From: Moniliella sp. 'wahieum'
Taxonomy: Eukaryota
Direction of reading: 5' to 3'
NCBI GenBank assembly: GCA_003971905.1
Contig: RSEE01000032.1
Coordinates: forward strand, 248,001 to 312,000
DNA: 64,000 nucleotides
The position numbers and the translations under genes are program-made. The notes below the pieces were generated by a model that saw only the letters and a program-made list of their open reading frames with translations, was not told the DNA's origin and did no database searches. Below, in pieces: positions 1-13,168 of the stretch; within the stretch, counting starts at the first letter, position 1; the number at the start of each line of letters is the position of its first letter.

Positions 1-237
1 GCTTCCCCGATTGCGCCGGCGTCTTGCGTTGGTATACTCGTCTGGGCTTGTGAGGCTTGGCCTTTTCTTGCACTTGCAGCCGTGGGAGGTGGCCCACGGT
101 CGGTGGCTGCCCTTGGTTGCCACGAGGTCATCGATCTTCCCAATGTCAAGGGCCTCAGGCCGTCCCAGCATGCAAGCGCCGTCTGCGTCACATTCACAGG
201 CATGGGTGCATTTGGTGAGGGAGTTTCTGTGTGCCAT
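1..237 (-). CDS. Possible Cys-rich ORF running off the left edge (MAHRNSLTKCTHACECDADGAC...GCKCKKR), function unknown
   Basis: Open frame from ATG 237 to the window edge, read by hand; no family recognised. Confidence 0.2.
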   Translation of the reverse strand, partial: MAHRNSLTKCTHACECDADGACMLGRPEALDIGKIDDLVATKGSHRPWATSHGCKCKKRPSLTSPDEYTNARRRRNRGS

Positions 238-765
238 GCCCTGCCATGCACGTCACCGGCCACAAATGATTGCACTTGGGTTTTGGAAGCAAGTAAGGAC
301 ACAGTCGGTGGCGTTCTCTGGCGGCGCTTGTTGGCCGCGCTGAGGCGCAGAGCTTTGAAGGTTGCGTGAGTACCAGAGTGCTGATACCGAGCAGGACACT
401 GAGGCACTGGCGTGTGACATGCGTGTGAACCCCAGCGTGGCTGCTCTCAGCCGTGAGACTCACGTGTCGCATGTCACTTGCACGGGTGACGTCAGTCACG
501 CGTCGCGAAACACTGGGCAGCACGCCGCAGACCCCACTGCTGCGCCGCCGCGCCGCCACGGCAGCAGCAGCTCGCGCTCGGCCGAGACGCACAGTCGATG
601 GCTGGTCCCCGCTGCTGCCCGCTGCTGCCCCTCCTCTGCGGCATGGCGCCAGTACCCGCCGCACGCCGTGCTGCTCCAGCCTCCTTTGGCGCGTCCTTCC
701 ATTCCATTGTCTACTTCTGCCCGACGCCCACCGGTCTGGTCGACCACCATCAACACCTCTCGCAT

Positions 766-790
766 CTTCTCCTTCTCCTTCTCCTTCTCC
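766..790. repeat. (CTTCTC)n hexamer microsatellite
   Basis: cttctc repeated about 4 times upstream of the ATG at 839. Confidence 0.75.
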
Positions 791-838
791 TCCCAGCCCT
801 GCCCATCCTATCGGGACCATTTGTCCATCCTGCCCAGC

Positions 839-1980
839 ATGCCCCAGCCGCAGCACGCCCACGCCCGCGCCCCTTCGGCCCCTGCTCTCAAGCACGCCGA
901 GTGCCCCCCAGCGTCACCCCCTGACCAGAGCGAGCGGCGCATGCGCAAAGTAATGGCCCTAAATTCGTTCCCAGTCTCAAGCTCCGCCGTTTCGGCCGAT
1001 GCGCGGTCGCCACCGCCCCTGTTGACACGCCCAACACTGCCCCGCCCACGTCCGACGAATATGTGAATGCCCCACCCACGGCCTCCGCCACTCGAAGCGC
1101 ACACCCTCAGTCTCGTCCCCGCCCTCGTCCCCACCGCGATCAATCCACTGGGTCGACTGGGCGTGACACGTTACCACCACTCGCGCCGAGCGCTCCCGGG
1201 CGGGCAATCCCCCTCCTCGAGATCAATCCAGTCGAGCCGCACAACGGGAACGGCGAGAACAGCACGCTCTCTTTCGCCATGCCGCGCTTCATCCTGACCT
1301 GGCAGAGAACAGGGAGGAGTTGTCAGAAATGTGGATCATGCACTCTGTTAACGTGCTGAATACTACACACGACCCGCCTCGAGAGCAGCATCTACCTCGG
1401 TTGCTGCCTCTGCTTCCGCCCACGAGTGGAGTGAGTGGGGTGGGTTTGCGCGTCATGTCCCTCCGCGTCGGCCTTCGCCTTCGCCATCTTCCAAACCCAA
1501 TCTACGTGCCTCCATTGATTCCCAGCAAGAATCCGTCGGGTCAGAAGCCCAGGTTGGCCCACGGGCCATCCGCACTTCCTCAAGGCCCAGCTTCTCCTTA
1601 CTCGCTCCCCTCGTCCCTCTGTCGCTGGTTCCTCGCCCTTGACGCTGGATCCTGCCTCGTCGTCTCGGCTATCGATTTCACTCTCCCCCGACACGCATGC
1701 ACTAAGTCCAACTACAAGTCCAGGAACCAGTGTCGCTTCTGTCTCGGGAGCACTCGCGTCTTCCCCCCCAAAGCCCGAGCCGAGTCTGCTCGCGCGCTCG
1801 GCCTTGTTCCCCGCCGCGCCTCTACGCCCGACACGCCCACCCCCCGCCCCTCCCTGGACCCGCAGAACAGCGGGATGAAGGGTCTCCGTCGACCCACCCT
1901 CACTCCGTTCGCTCTGCCAGCTTGCCCATGTCGCCACTTGTTGAGCACGGCGAGTTGCCTCCCCTTACGAGGAGATTGAA
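839..1980 (+). CDS. Hypothetical Pro/Ser-rich protein (frameshifted; 3' end uncertain)
   Basis: Chain of overlapping + ORFs (362-1066, 1063-1359, 1320-1979, 1639-1878) after a pyrimidine-rich leader; no recognised domain. Confidence 0.4.
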
Positions 1981-2716
1981 CAACCATTTTAGGTTGCCCC
2001 CCCCCTGTCTACTTCTAATCTCTCTCCTTTTTGTATTTCACCGTTCGTGCATACCTACTCCCCTACTCCCCTACTCCCCATTCTCGGTCCACCCTCATTA
2101 TTCCCTTTCGTTCTGCTGCCAAATCTGGGGCCTTAATTCCACGATCTGTTGCACCTGCTGCCTGTACTTCGGGGTGGTCAGCTTGCGTCGGTGCTTGCGA
2201 TGCCCGAAATCGAGAGGGCCACTATATACACCCCTTGTTCATTCGCCTCGCTCTGGCTCTTTGGGTAAATCTACGTGATGCATCATCGCCGTTATATCGA
2301 CTTGATCCCTCTCCCCTCTTCTCCCACATATGGCATGTCATAGAAATAAGTTCTCTTGCGTTGAGGCGGTCGGAATCTCTTCAATACGGCATATAGACTG
2401 CATGTTCCATGATTTGCATGATTCATTAGGATACAGTAGGTCTCAGAGGCCCTTGTGGGGTATACAAGGCCCCCTTAAACGATCGTAGACCAGAGCGGTT
2501 TCTAGAAGGACAGTAGGTGTTCCACCTTCCGCTCCTAGGCCACTGCATCGCTCGCCCTTTGCTTTTTCCCTTTGCTGCCTCAAGCATAGACGCCGTCACC
2601 ATTTTGGTTGAAGCACAAGGGCGAGGCCAGGAACTAGAAGAGGAGCATGCCTTCAGCTGATTTGTCGTACCTCCCTGCATACCACTGAACCAATAAAAAG
2701 CGGCCAGCACTGTGCC

Positions 2717-3985
2717 TCAGGTAAAGTGGGTGTGCTGGTATTCTGAATTGGTGCGAAGCTGGTCGATGGTCAACTTGCCAAACAGTGCATCGTCTTCTGA
2801 GATCAGCCGCTCTGCCTCGAGCGGCCATGCTAAGAAGGAAAGGGGGTCAACAACTGAAGCGTCGAATGCGGGTCCCAAAGACACATACCATCCCGAACCA
2901 GCGCTGGTAATTGCTTGTCGGTATCTCCGATCTTGCACGTCCCCCGCAGCAAAGAACCCTTTGACCGAGGTCGTGTCTTTCCCGGTGTGGTGCGGATGTA
3001 TCCGTCGTCGTCGCAATCGACTTGGCCACGGACAAGGTACGTAGCCGGGGCATGCCCCACCGCATAAAAGAGCCAGCCAGGAATGAGTGGTCTCAGCACC
3101 GGTTCGGTTATTGCGCACCCGAATCGCACGCAACAAGTCCTCGTCGCCTTGAGCCTCAATGGCTTCAGTCTCGTACCGCACCTCAATCGCCGCATTGGCC
3201 GCCACTCGCTTAAAGAGCACAGGGCTAGCTCGCATTTGAGGTTTCCGAACCAAGACAATCACCTTGGCCGCATACCTTGTCAAGTACAACGCCTCTTCAC
3301 ACGCACTACTCCCGCCCCCAATCACCACCACCGTCTTACCGCGAAAGATGGGGGCACCGCCATCGCACACTGCACATGTAGAAATACCCGATTGCCAGTA
3401 CAACTTCACCAGGCAAGTGAAGCCGCTTGGCGGACGCACCAGTGGCATAGATCATCGTGTCTGCCAATTCGTACGCATCCTCCTCGATCGTCTCGGCAGG
3501 CGGGACAGGGTGGGCCCGAGCGCCACCTCAAACGGGTCCCGACGATCTCGCCAAAAGCGAAAGGGGCGAGAGAAAGATCGATCTTGGCAATTCGCTCTGA
3601 AACAATCGTCGTCCCAAACCGGATGGCCTGGGCACGGAATTTCTCCACAATGGCCTGCCCGGAAATGCCCTCTGGAAAGCCAGGGAAGTTGCCCACCTCT
3701 GAGGTGGTGGACAGGTCGCCTCCGACCCGGGGCGCATCGGGAGCTGGGGCAGGAGAGTGCGAGACATCCTGGTGCTCTTGGTCGTCCAAACCAAGACCAG
3801 GGGGCAAGCGAGGGCCCTCAAAGAGGACGGGGTGAGGTTGGCGCGGGCCAAATAGATGGCAGCTGTGTGCCGGCTGGGCCAGAGCCGATGATGACAGCGC
3901 TGTGCCGTGGGCGGTCGGCGCGGGCGGTCGGCAGGGTGGCAGACGACGCAGGCGCGTCAGCCGGGGGTGCTGGCTGTGCTGCCAT
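2717..3985 (-). CDS. TRR1: Thioredoxin reductase (low-Mr type), divergent; one intron near the 3' end
   Basis: IIGSGPAG, NFPGFPEGI, ISTCAVCDG (redox CXXC), VVIGGGSSACEEA, FAAGDVQDRRYRQAITSAGSG; intron about 2831-2888. Confidence 0.93.
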
Positions 3986-4897
3986 GCTGAATGCGGGGCG
4001 CTGAGTACTCGACGGAGGTGGCGAGCGGGTGCTGGCGGGGGAGGGTGGAGAGGGGTTCGTTCCCAGAAGGCCAAGTGTACTGAGCGCAACCCACCCCGGA
4101 GCAGGCCAGCAGCTTCCGAAGAAGGCAAGCGAGCGGGGCGCCTTGCAATGCACAATGATACATTTCAAATTGAACTGCGTCCCTATTGTGGTTCCGCGCT
4201 ACGCGATGCGACGAGCAAGGAGCCATTAATTAATCAGGCCCAGGGGCAATCTGTGGCGACTCGCACCTGAAAGTTTGAAGTGCGATCTGATCTCGGTGCA
4301 ACGGATGCCCCGATTGCCAACGCGGCGCCTGCCCCCTGCAGCGCCCCGGCAGCGCCTCAGCAGCCAGCAGGCGCCAGCGCCGTCCCCCGCCGGGGCCCCA
4401 GCACGAGGCCTGTATCTTATCGCGCAGCCGTATGGGTCCCTGCGCGCTTTGGCCGCTGAGGCGCTCCGGCCGGCTGGGGCTACAGCTGGCCAGCCCAGCA
4501 CGGCGCCAGTGCGCTCCCCTCCGTTTGGGCTGGCGCTGCCCCAGGCCTCTGCACCGCGCCAGTGTCCGGCGTTCCTCTCGCAGTTTTTTAGGGCACGGGC
4601 GCAGCCGACTGAACAGCCTCGCCGCACCACCTCCTGCTCTTGTCTCCACCACCACCTCACCCCACACCAGTGCGTATCCTATCCTCCTATCCTCACATCC
4701 TGGCCGTGCTGCCCGCTACCGTCATCACCGCCGCCTCCGCCTCCTGGAGCTGGGCCTCTCTTTTGTCCGTACAGCTGCTGACCTCTCCCGCCTTGTCTTT
4801 CCCTTCCCCAGCCGCCACCCTCCCCCGCTCCCACCCTCTGCTGGTTCTTTCCTAGATTAGGAGAGAGCATCCAGACCCCCGCAGCCTTTTGCCCAAT

Positions 4898-6108
<1,211 letters not shown>

Positions 6109-7653
6109 TGTGGTAACACGCGCGGCGTCCATCTATGTTTCCTGACTCCGCCCCGCTCCCATCCTTTTCTTGGGCTGCATAGCATACGCCCTGGGTGGGG
6201 ATACTTCCCTGAACATGCGTCGTATTCCATCCGACTGTACGTCGCAGATAAAAGTGTTGGTTGGACACCAACATGCCTACGTCTTTCCGCATGTGTGGTA
6301 TACCGTACCACTCTACTGTTCTCATGCCTCTAGCTATCATTTTTACGTCTTCTTACCCTCGACGTATCAATCGTAAATCGTGGTGATAGATGTCCTAGGG
6401 CCTTGCCTTGTGTGAACAAGTTGTTAAACATGGTGCTGTATCTCCCGAGTCTTCTGCAGATTCATCAGAACCATGTGGCATACGCCGCCCGACAGCCGGT
6501 CAGTATGAGCCCAGGTGGAGGTGCGGCTCGGCTCGCGCTATAGCCGCACCCGGCCAGCTTCCTTTCCGCAGGAACTGGGCACTTCCCAACTTGTTGGCAC
6601 CCCGCCGCATTTATCCATTGCACGCCCAAAACTTGCCCAACCCAACAGGTCGAAGGCCCAGCTTGGCACGGCAGCACAGACCCAAGTTCCTCCCTCACCC
6701 CCCCCGGCTAACACCCCGGCTGCATCCCGGTGCCGACCACAACCTCTCCATTGCGGGAAACACAAGCCATTCGATGCGGCAAACATGTCCTACCCTTCCC
6801 AGCTGGTTGTCGCCGAGGTCAGTGCCTTGCAGACATGCCTCCCATCCCCCCACTCCTCGCCCGGCACATCGTCCAGAGAGGGTACGACCTATATCACCAT
6901 AACCCCGTTGCTCGGGCTACGTTGCGTCTCTTTGACGCTTTTGGCGTGTCCCTTGACAAGTGTTCGTGCTCTGATGCACTCTCAGTTATTTTGACTCCCA
7001 TCTTCACAAAAGGTGTGGCCTTTTGCCCACTGGATGGTATTGCCTAGCATCCCGCACGCATGTTTACTGAGACCACGCGACTCTTGGTCGTAGGTACCAA
7101 AGTGGAGAGTGATCATGCACCATTCGACCTACTGATGGCCGACTTTCAGTTGGGTCACCACAGTGGTTTTGTGCATTGACTGGACCCCTCCTAGCGAATG
7201 TAGGGAAAACAAGCCGGGTGTGCCGTGTCGTCATAGTTTGGCTGATCTCGCTCCCTTTCCAATTTTTCGTCTCGAGCGTTCGCTCCTTCCCTGTTCCTTC
7301 CACTTCGCACCATGTCCTCTGTTCTTGCTTCTTCTTCCCCACGAACGATTGCTACACCCCTTGGCCTAGTCTGATCCTGGTCTCCCTCGCCTTAGCCCCG
7401 ACTGTGACATGCCGTGCCTTTTGATCCACCAGAAAACCCAACTACCCTCTTCGTTGGCAATCGGAACATGCCTGACTTTTCATCTTTGATCGACGTTAGA
7501 AGCTTCTCACCCCCAAAGGGATCAAGGATACAACGGCAGACGATGTAAAAGGGCATAGTAGAGGAGCAACAATGGGGATTTTTTATGAGGCTCAGGCTTT
7601 GGATATCGATTTAAGTTGCAATGGGAGCTATGGAAATAGTATGCAGCACAACA

Positions 7654-7753
7654 GGTCGGATGGTCTAGCTGGTCATGACGTACGCTTCACATCCTGAAGC
7701 ATCAGGTCTCGCTGAGACGCGTAAGGTCCCCGGTTCGATCCCGGGTTCGATCA
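7654..7753 (+). tRNA. tRNA-Val(CAC) with 26-nt intron (7692-7717)
   Basis: Acceptor GGTCGGA/TTCGATC; anticodon stem TACGC/GCGTA around TT-CAC-A; intron after position 37; T-arm GGTTCGATCCC. Confidence 0.93.
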
Positions 7754-7759
7754 TTTTTT
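7754..7759 (+). terminator. RNA polymerase III T-run terminator
   Basis: TTTTTT immediately after the tRNA-Val discriminator base. Confidence 0.8.
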
Positions 7760-8189
7760 GCCCGTCAACTTTCAATCGACTCTCCGCCGACACGAAGAGC
7801 ATTTCACTGGTAGAATACATGCTTTTTTGGGCACAGATTTGTGGGTTCACGCCGTTTGACGAAGAGCTACGAGGTCTATACTGGCATAGCGCGAACTGGA
7901 GCAGAAATGTCGTCGTTACTCTGATGTCCTAATTCCCGTCAGAAGGTAAAAGCTAAGAGATTGGCGGTGGGGAGAGACATGGAGCTGGACGTGGGAGAAG
8001 CACCGTGACAAGGAAAGAGCAATTCTTGTCCTCTCTCCTAGATCATACTGGATGGATCTTGATAGGGCATGCGGGAGAGAGACATAAAAGAAGAGAAATG
8101 ATTGGTGAAGGTCCACAGGTATCGCAGCAGCATTATGTTCCAAGTAATGGAGGCAAAGAGAAGAGAAAGACGACCACAGACCGCAACTC

Positions 8190-9354
8190 TACGGCGTGTC
8201 GGGGTAACCCATTCGGAGCGAGGAATATTTCCCTGAAGTGCAGCCTGCCCACAGGAAGAAGCCCACATATCGGCAGCGACGTGGCCCACGTTGGGCACCA
8301 CACAAAATTGGTGGTGGAAAGAGCCCGAGGTAATCGCCTGGACGTTGGGTGCGATGCGGGAGTAGGAGGGGAATTGGCGCAAGCGAGATTTGCCGCCTAC
8401 GTTGTTGGACTGTTCTGCACCGGCAAGAAGAGCCTTGTAGACCCAATAGTCGTACCCGCGGTTGCGTCGGTTGCTACCGCCTTGAGCTTTGGCAGCGCAA
8501 GAGTCGTCCCCAAAGTTGTACCGAGAGCGCGTATCCAGATCGCCCACCAGGGTCAGCACCCGGCGGGACACGAAGCGCGAAAACATGGTCTGGGTGCCTT
8601 GCCAACGCGACGCGGCGTACCGGTTCTCACTAATGCCCTTTACACCATAATCCCACTGATCCCAGTCGGAGCAGGTGGATTGGTGAAGAACTTGGTTCCG
8701 GGACGGTAAGAAGTAAAGTAAGGCAACGTTGGGTTGTTGGCCGCCACATAAACAACCTTGGTCGACGACAAGGTCCAGTCATCGGCAAGAAGAGCGTAGC
8801 GAGAGACAAATCCCCCCCGTCAGAATGACCCACAAAGTAAACCGCTTCAAGGTCGGGGTATTTGCTCCGGTCGGTGAACACCTGGCGCAACCAGTCAAAC
8901 GTGTCGAAAGAAGAGCAGGAGCCCTGTGCATTGGCTGCGTCGTCGCCTGAGACCCAGTCGCGCTCGGAGGACCAAGCAAGATCACGAGCCTGGTTGTACC
9001 AATTGTCCGACTCGCCGTCATAGTCGGATAGGATGTAGAAGTTGGGGGCAACAACGACGGTGGTGCTCAAATCGACATTGTTGGCCACGGCGGAAAAGAT
9101 CGTGTTGAAGTTGCGCCCGAGACCATGCTGAGCAACCATGGCGACACGCGCGCGGGACGGGGTGGACCCATTGGGATCCACCCACAGGTCTGAGGTCATG
9201 AAGGGGATGTGAAAGGGGGATCCGCTGCACGGCGCGTATGTGTGGAAGGTCGCGCCCTTGGGCGGGTTGGGTGTGGCGGTAACAGGGGCAGGGGCAGTTG
9301 TAGCAATGGCAACCAAGGCCAATAAGCCCCCATGAGATGAGTGGGGGAGACCAT
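8190..9354 (-). CDS. Secreted alpha/beta-hydrolase-fold protein (3' end approximate)
   Basis: Signal-like LLALVAIATTAPA, QHGLGRN, VVVAPNF, SSFDTFD, nucleophile elbow VGHSDGG, later VGDLD and VVPNVGH (Asp and His candidates). Confidence 0.7.
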
Positions 9355-10099
9355 CGCGGGTAGAAAAAAGAGCGTGGGCAAAAAGGTGAGGAAGCACGTG
9401 CGGATGGAATGGGGTGGGGGGGAAGGAGGGGCTGAGGTTGGAGAGAAGATGACAAGGGGATGAAAGAAGGACAGGAGAGGAATTGGGCTGGACTGGGCTG
9501 AAGCACTGAACGTACGTTCAAATGAACATTGGGACACCGGAGACCGGTGGACGCCAGCCAACCGGATTCCTCGCAAACCGGACTCAAGTGGGTACACCTA
9601 GAGCATGAAAACGGGTCCCGTCCCTTTCCGTGCTGACGGTCAGCCATTCAATATTCACTGCTATCCAGTCCTTGATACTGTCCTCGAGAATGGATTTTCG
9701 ATACCCAATGGCACACCAGGGCACATCCAGGCCAGCAGAACAGCTCTGGCGCAGAAGCGGTGCCGCAGGGTGCATCTTCGAATAGCTTCCAGCAGAAGGG
9801 CATGTGTGGACTAGAATGTGCGGCGTTTTCGGCCAAAGATCTGCACTGGCTCAGTCTCCTGGCTGCGATTTTGCCACGCGCGCACCATCTCGCCCTCGCG
9901 GCGCCAGCGCGCCAGCTCCACGCCGGTACGTTCTATCATTCGCCACTGGGCCAGTCATTAACAATAGTCACGCGTCACGCTCACCGACTCAGCGCTCAGC
10001 GCGATCACAGGTACGCAGTACTCGATGCGCTCAAGAGTGCTTCTTGCTTCCCGTTCCCCCTGGGTCATCTCCTGTGCCCTGTACGTGTGGCGTGTTATA

Positions 10100-10305
10100 A
10101 TGCGCTCAGCCACTCCTGGGTTCCCAGCAGCTCAGGCGCTCAGCCACTGAGTTACTGAAGCTCAGTACTCAGTATGCTCAGCACCTCAGCGCGCGCTCAG
10201 CCTGCCCCTCACAGGGACCTCAGAACGATTGGCGATCGACGAAGCTACCTGCTCAGGCTCAGCCGCTCAAGCTCAGCGCGCCGCTCTAGCCTGAGCGCCT
10301 GAGCA
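10100..10305. repeat. Dense array of CTCAG/CTGAG (CTNAG) pentamers
   Basis: About 15 copies counted by eye in about 200 bp with irregular spacing. Confidence 0.8.
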
Positions 10306-10578
10306 TCTGCCAACATTTGCCAGCATCTGTCCCCGAGTGTCGATCATCGATCATCGACAGACCAGGCGAGCAGGGCTTGTAACATGTAAGGCGGCACAGA
10401 ACTTTAGTTTCAGGCCCAGGCGCGTCCGTCCGTAAACAAGTAAACTGTGAGCAGGCTCAAGCTTCAAGCTGGTTTTGGTTTCTCTCAATCTTACGCATGT
10501 GTGTGTTGATGGAGTTATGCCAATAATGCGGCAGCAACCAGAACCAGACTAGGTTCTATGAGGAGAGGTTGCTATATA

Positions 10579-12591
10579 ACGTCCATTTCATTGGCAGACT
10601 TAAGAAGGCTGGGAGAGGGGGAACGCTACGTCTAAACCTAACCGTTCATCTTGCGGGGGTTACTTAGGGGCGCCACCAGGGTCAAGGAACCAGGGGGATC
10701 GCCAGGATATCAGGACCCTCCGGCTCACGCCATCCGGTCCCGTACCCTAGGAAGCGCGTATGGACACGGAGGAACGTGGTTGTTGACATCCGAGCGAGGA
10801 ACCATTTTCACTGAGACTTAGTAGCCAACTCCTTCCAATGCGCAAACAACTTGCTCGCCGTCTTGGTGCCGTAGTATCCTCGCGTCGTCAAAACCAGGGG
10901 GAAAAACGTCTCTTGAGTGCGTCCCTGGTACTTGGCGTTCTTCTCGCATTCTGCTTGTTCAAGCATCCGAAGCAGCTCCTTCTCCCGGCGTTCCAAGGGG
11001 GTTGCGGTGCTCGCGTGCACCACCCTCCGGAACGCGCTCTGCGCTGCCAGTGATCCGTGTCGCGCAGCGTGTGGTCGACCTCCATTCCTGATCCTCCCAG
11101 TGCTCCGGGTCCCATCACGCGTAGTCAGTGCGCTGTGTCCTCTGTCTCCGGCCATCCTCGTCCTCCACCATTGGTTCGTTGTGGACATGGGTGTCGGGAA
11201 TGGAGCGTAGGAGCTGGAGAATGGGCTCCCGCACTGCGTCATGCAACGCTCCAAACTTGGCCTGGGAGCGAGTGCAATACATGATGTGCTCCAGCGAGGA
11301 CATGACACCGCACTTGCACATGCTGCGCGTGGTGCGGCACAGCGTGCGGAGCTGGAGACCAACCTGGACCTGCTGGTCGGAGAGCCTGAGGTACGGGACG
11401 GACGGAATGGCGGAGAGCCAGTTGTGGCTCAGCGGGTTGCTGTGCTCAACCACGTGACGACCATCGGCAGCGTCCAGCTTCTGGAGCAGCTCCTGTCGAC
11501 TTTTCTCCACATCTCGCGGCAGCGCTGGCGTTGCTTCGTAAATGCGTTGGCCTCTGCCGTTTGCGGTCCCGAACGGTCAACATAAGTGGTAATAAGATAG
11601 TCGTTGACCTCGTTGGAGGCCACGGGCGTGGGGCGCGATATACGAGTAAAGCGGGCTGCCGCATCCTCCTACGCGGAGAGGCAGGCTCATGAGCATGTCG
11701 AAGTGGTCGTCCTTGGCACCTTGGGGATCCTCGTCGCCCCGGATCCGTCTGACTCCGTCAGATGAAGGCATCGATCTCGGCCAGCACTTCGTCTAGCTCG
11801 CCTTCCATCTGCATGGTGCGGAGCAGGTGGCGCAGCTTGGTCTGAGTGCTGAGCCGCCATAGTAAGAGGCGTCCCTGGCGGGTGATGCCATCAAACTTAG
11901 GCATGTTCTCCCTCAGACTGGCCAGTTGGGCCGGAGCCACGATCGACGACAGTCTACCCCTCCCACACAAGTGCCCAGAACCTGCAGACCATCCTCCCGG
12001 ATCTGGTCCCGGTCCCGCTCGACGCACTTGCGCAGGTTGAGCTTGAGGCCTGACGCGTCGTCTTCCAAAATCTCCGCAGCTTGGCCGGTAATGCCTGGCC
12101 CTGGACCGAAAATGGTAATGTCGTCCAGGTATGCCATCACCAGGTGCCCCGGCGGCAGATCATCTCTCAGCTTCTCTAGCGTGGGCCGCACTGCGATGGA
12201 GAAGAAAAAGGGGGCGAGGGGGTCGCCCTGCCGCACGCCCTCTGCCGACAGGACGCTGGTCTCATTTCCGCCCGACGCAACCCAAAGCTGGGTGGGGGAA
12301 CCATAGATCCACCGGCCCAAGGTGAGGAGGTGGGGGGCGTAGGCATGGAGCGCCTTGGCGAGTGTGCGACGGCGCACAGTGTTGAACGCGTTGGTAAAGT
12401 CGAGCATGGCGACGTGGCTGAAGTCGCCCATTTCCGCATCGTTCTCCCGCCTGGCGCTGTCATGCGCTCGACCATCCGCACGATAGGCTCCACCCCGTTT
12501 TGCGATGCTACTCCCAGCTTGGTGGGGAGGAGCCAGCTGTTGGGTTTGATCGCTCGAGCGATGGCCTTGGCGCACAGGCGGTAGATCAGCT
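10579..12591 (-). mobile_element. 5'-truncated non-LTR retrotransposon, CRE clade (RT + CCHC + restriction-like endonuclease), similar in type to Cryptococcus Cnl1
   Basis: RT: LIYRLCAKA, LDFTNAFNTVRR, GVRQGDPLAPFFF, MAYLDDITI, GLKLNLRKC, PLRVGGCG. Zn knuckle CKC-x7-H-x3-C. RLE: HDAVRE, NEP, RTD, EKNAKY, FFPLVLTTRGYYG. Flanked by TTGCTATATA at 10569-10578 and 12592-12601. Confidence 0.9.
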
Positions 12592-12595
12592 TTGC

Positions 12596-12607
12596 TATAT
12601 ATATATA
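12596..12607. repeat. (TA)6 microsatellite at the 5' junction of the retroelement
   Basis: tatatatatata directly beside the truncation point. Confidence 0.8.
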
Positions 12608-12939
12608 CCCGTGGGGAAACACACATCAGGAAGGAAAAGAAGTACTCTCTCGAATGGAAATAGAACCTTTTTGACTTCACCTATTGGTCACGGGCTCTCA
12701 TTGCGGTAGTATGAAGAGAGGGCACGTGCAATGTAATGAGTGATGGACATTGGTGTGGTTTCGCCAACAGGTGTCTGCATCCATTTCATTCACAGAGCGT
12801 AAGGCTGGGGCAAAGAAACGGTGTGTTAACTGGCTTGTCCATCCGATGGATGCTGCTTGTCCGTGCCAAACCAATGAGGAAACCACAACAGTGGAGTCGC
12901 TCAAGACACCCAATGTGGCGCACCCCCGCCATTCGTTTC

Positions 12940-13092
12940 CACCACGGATGGAATGCTCATTCGTATCCACGAATGAGCGTGGTAGACAAGTCAGCGTTAA
13001 ACCATCTCCAATGAATTCATCAGTACATTCTTTACAGGGTCCAAACATCTTGTTAACGGTTTTGGTGGTATAGTATCCTCGCGTCGCCAGTT
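12940..13092 (-). mobile_element. Degenerate 3' fragment of a related CRE-type element (RLE C-terminus)
   Basis: LATRGYYTTKTVNKMFG...WFNADLSTTLIR parallels LTTRGYYGTKTASKLFA...WFLARMSTTTFLR of the adjacent element; shared nucleotides tagtatcctcgcgtcg. Confidence 0.7.
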
Positions 13093-13168
13093 GACCTGCA
13101 TGACCTGGGGAAATAGATATCCTGGTTGTTACATTTAAAAACGAAAGCGGAGAATGCGAAAAAAATAA

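Noticed and set aside
10100..10305. CTCAG array as a CRISPR or satellite
   Set aside because: No constant repeat or spacer length, only a shared pentamer, in a eukaryotic context with no cas genes.
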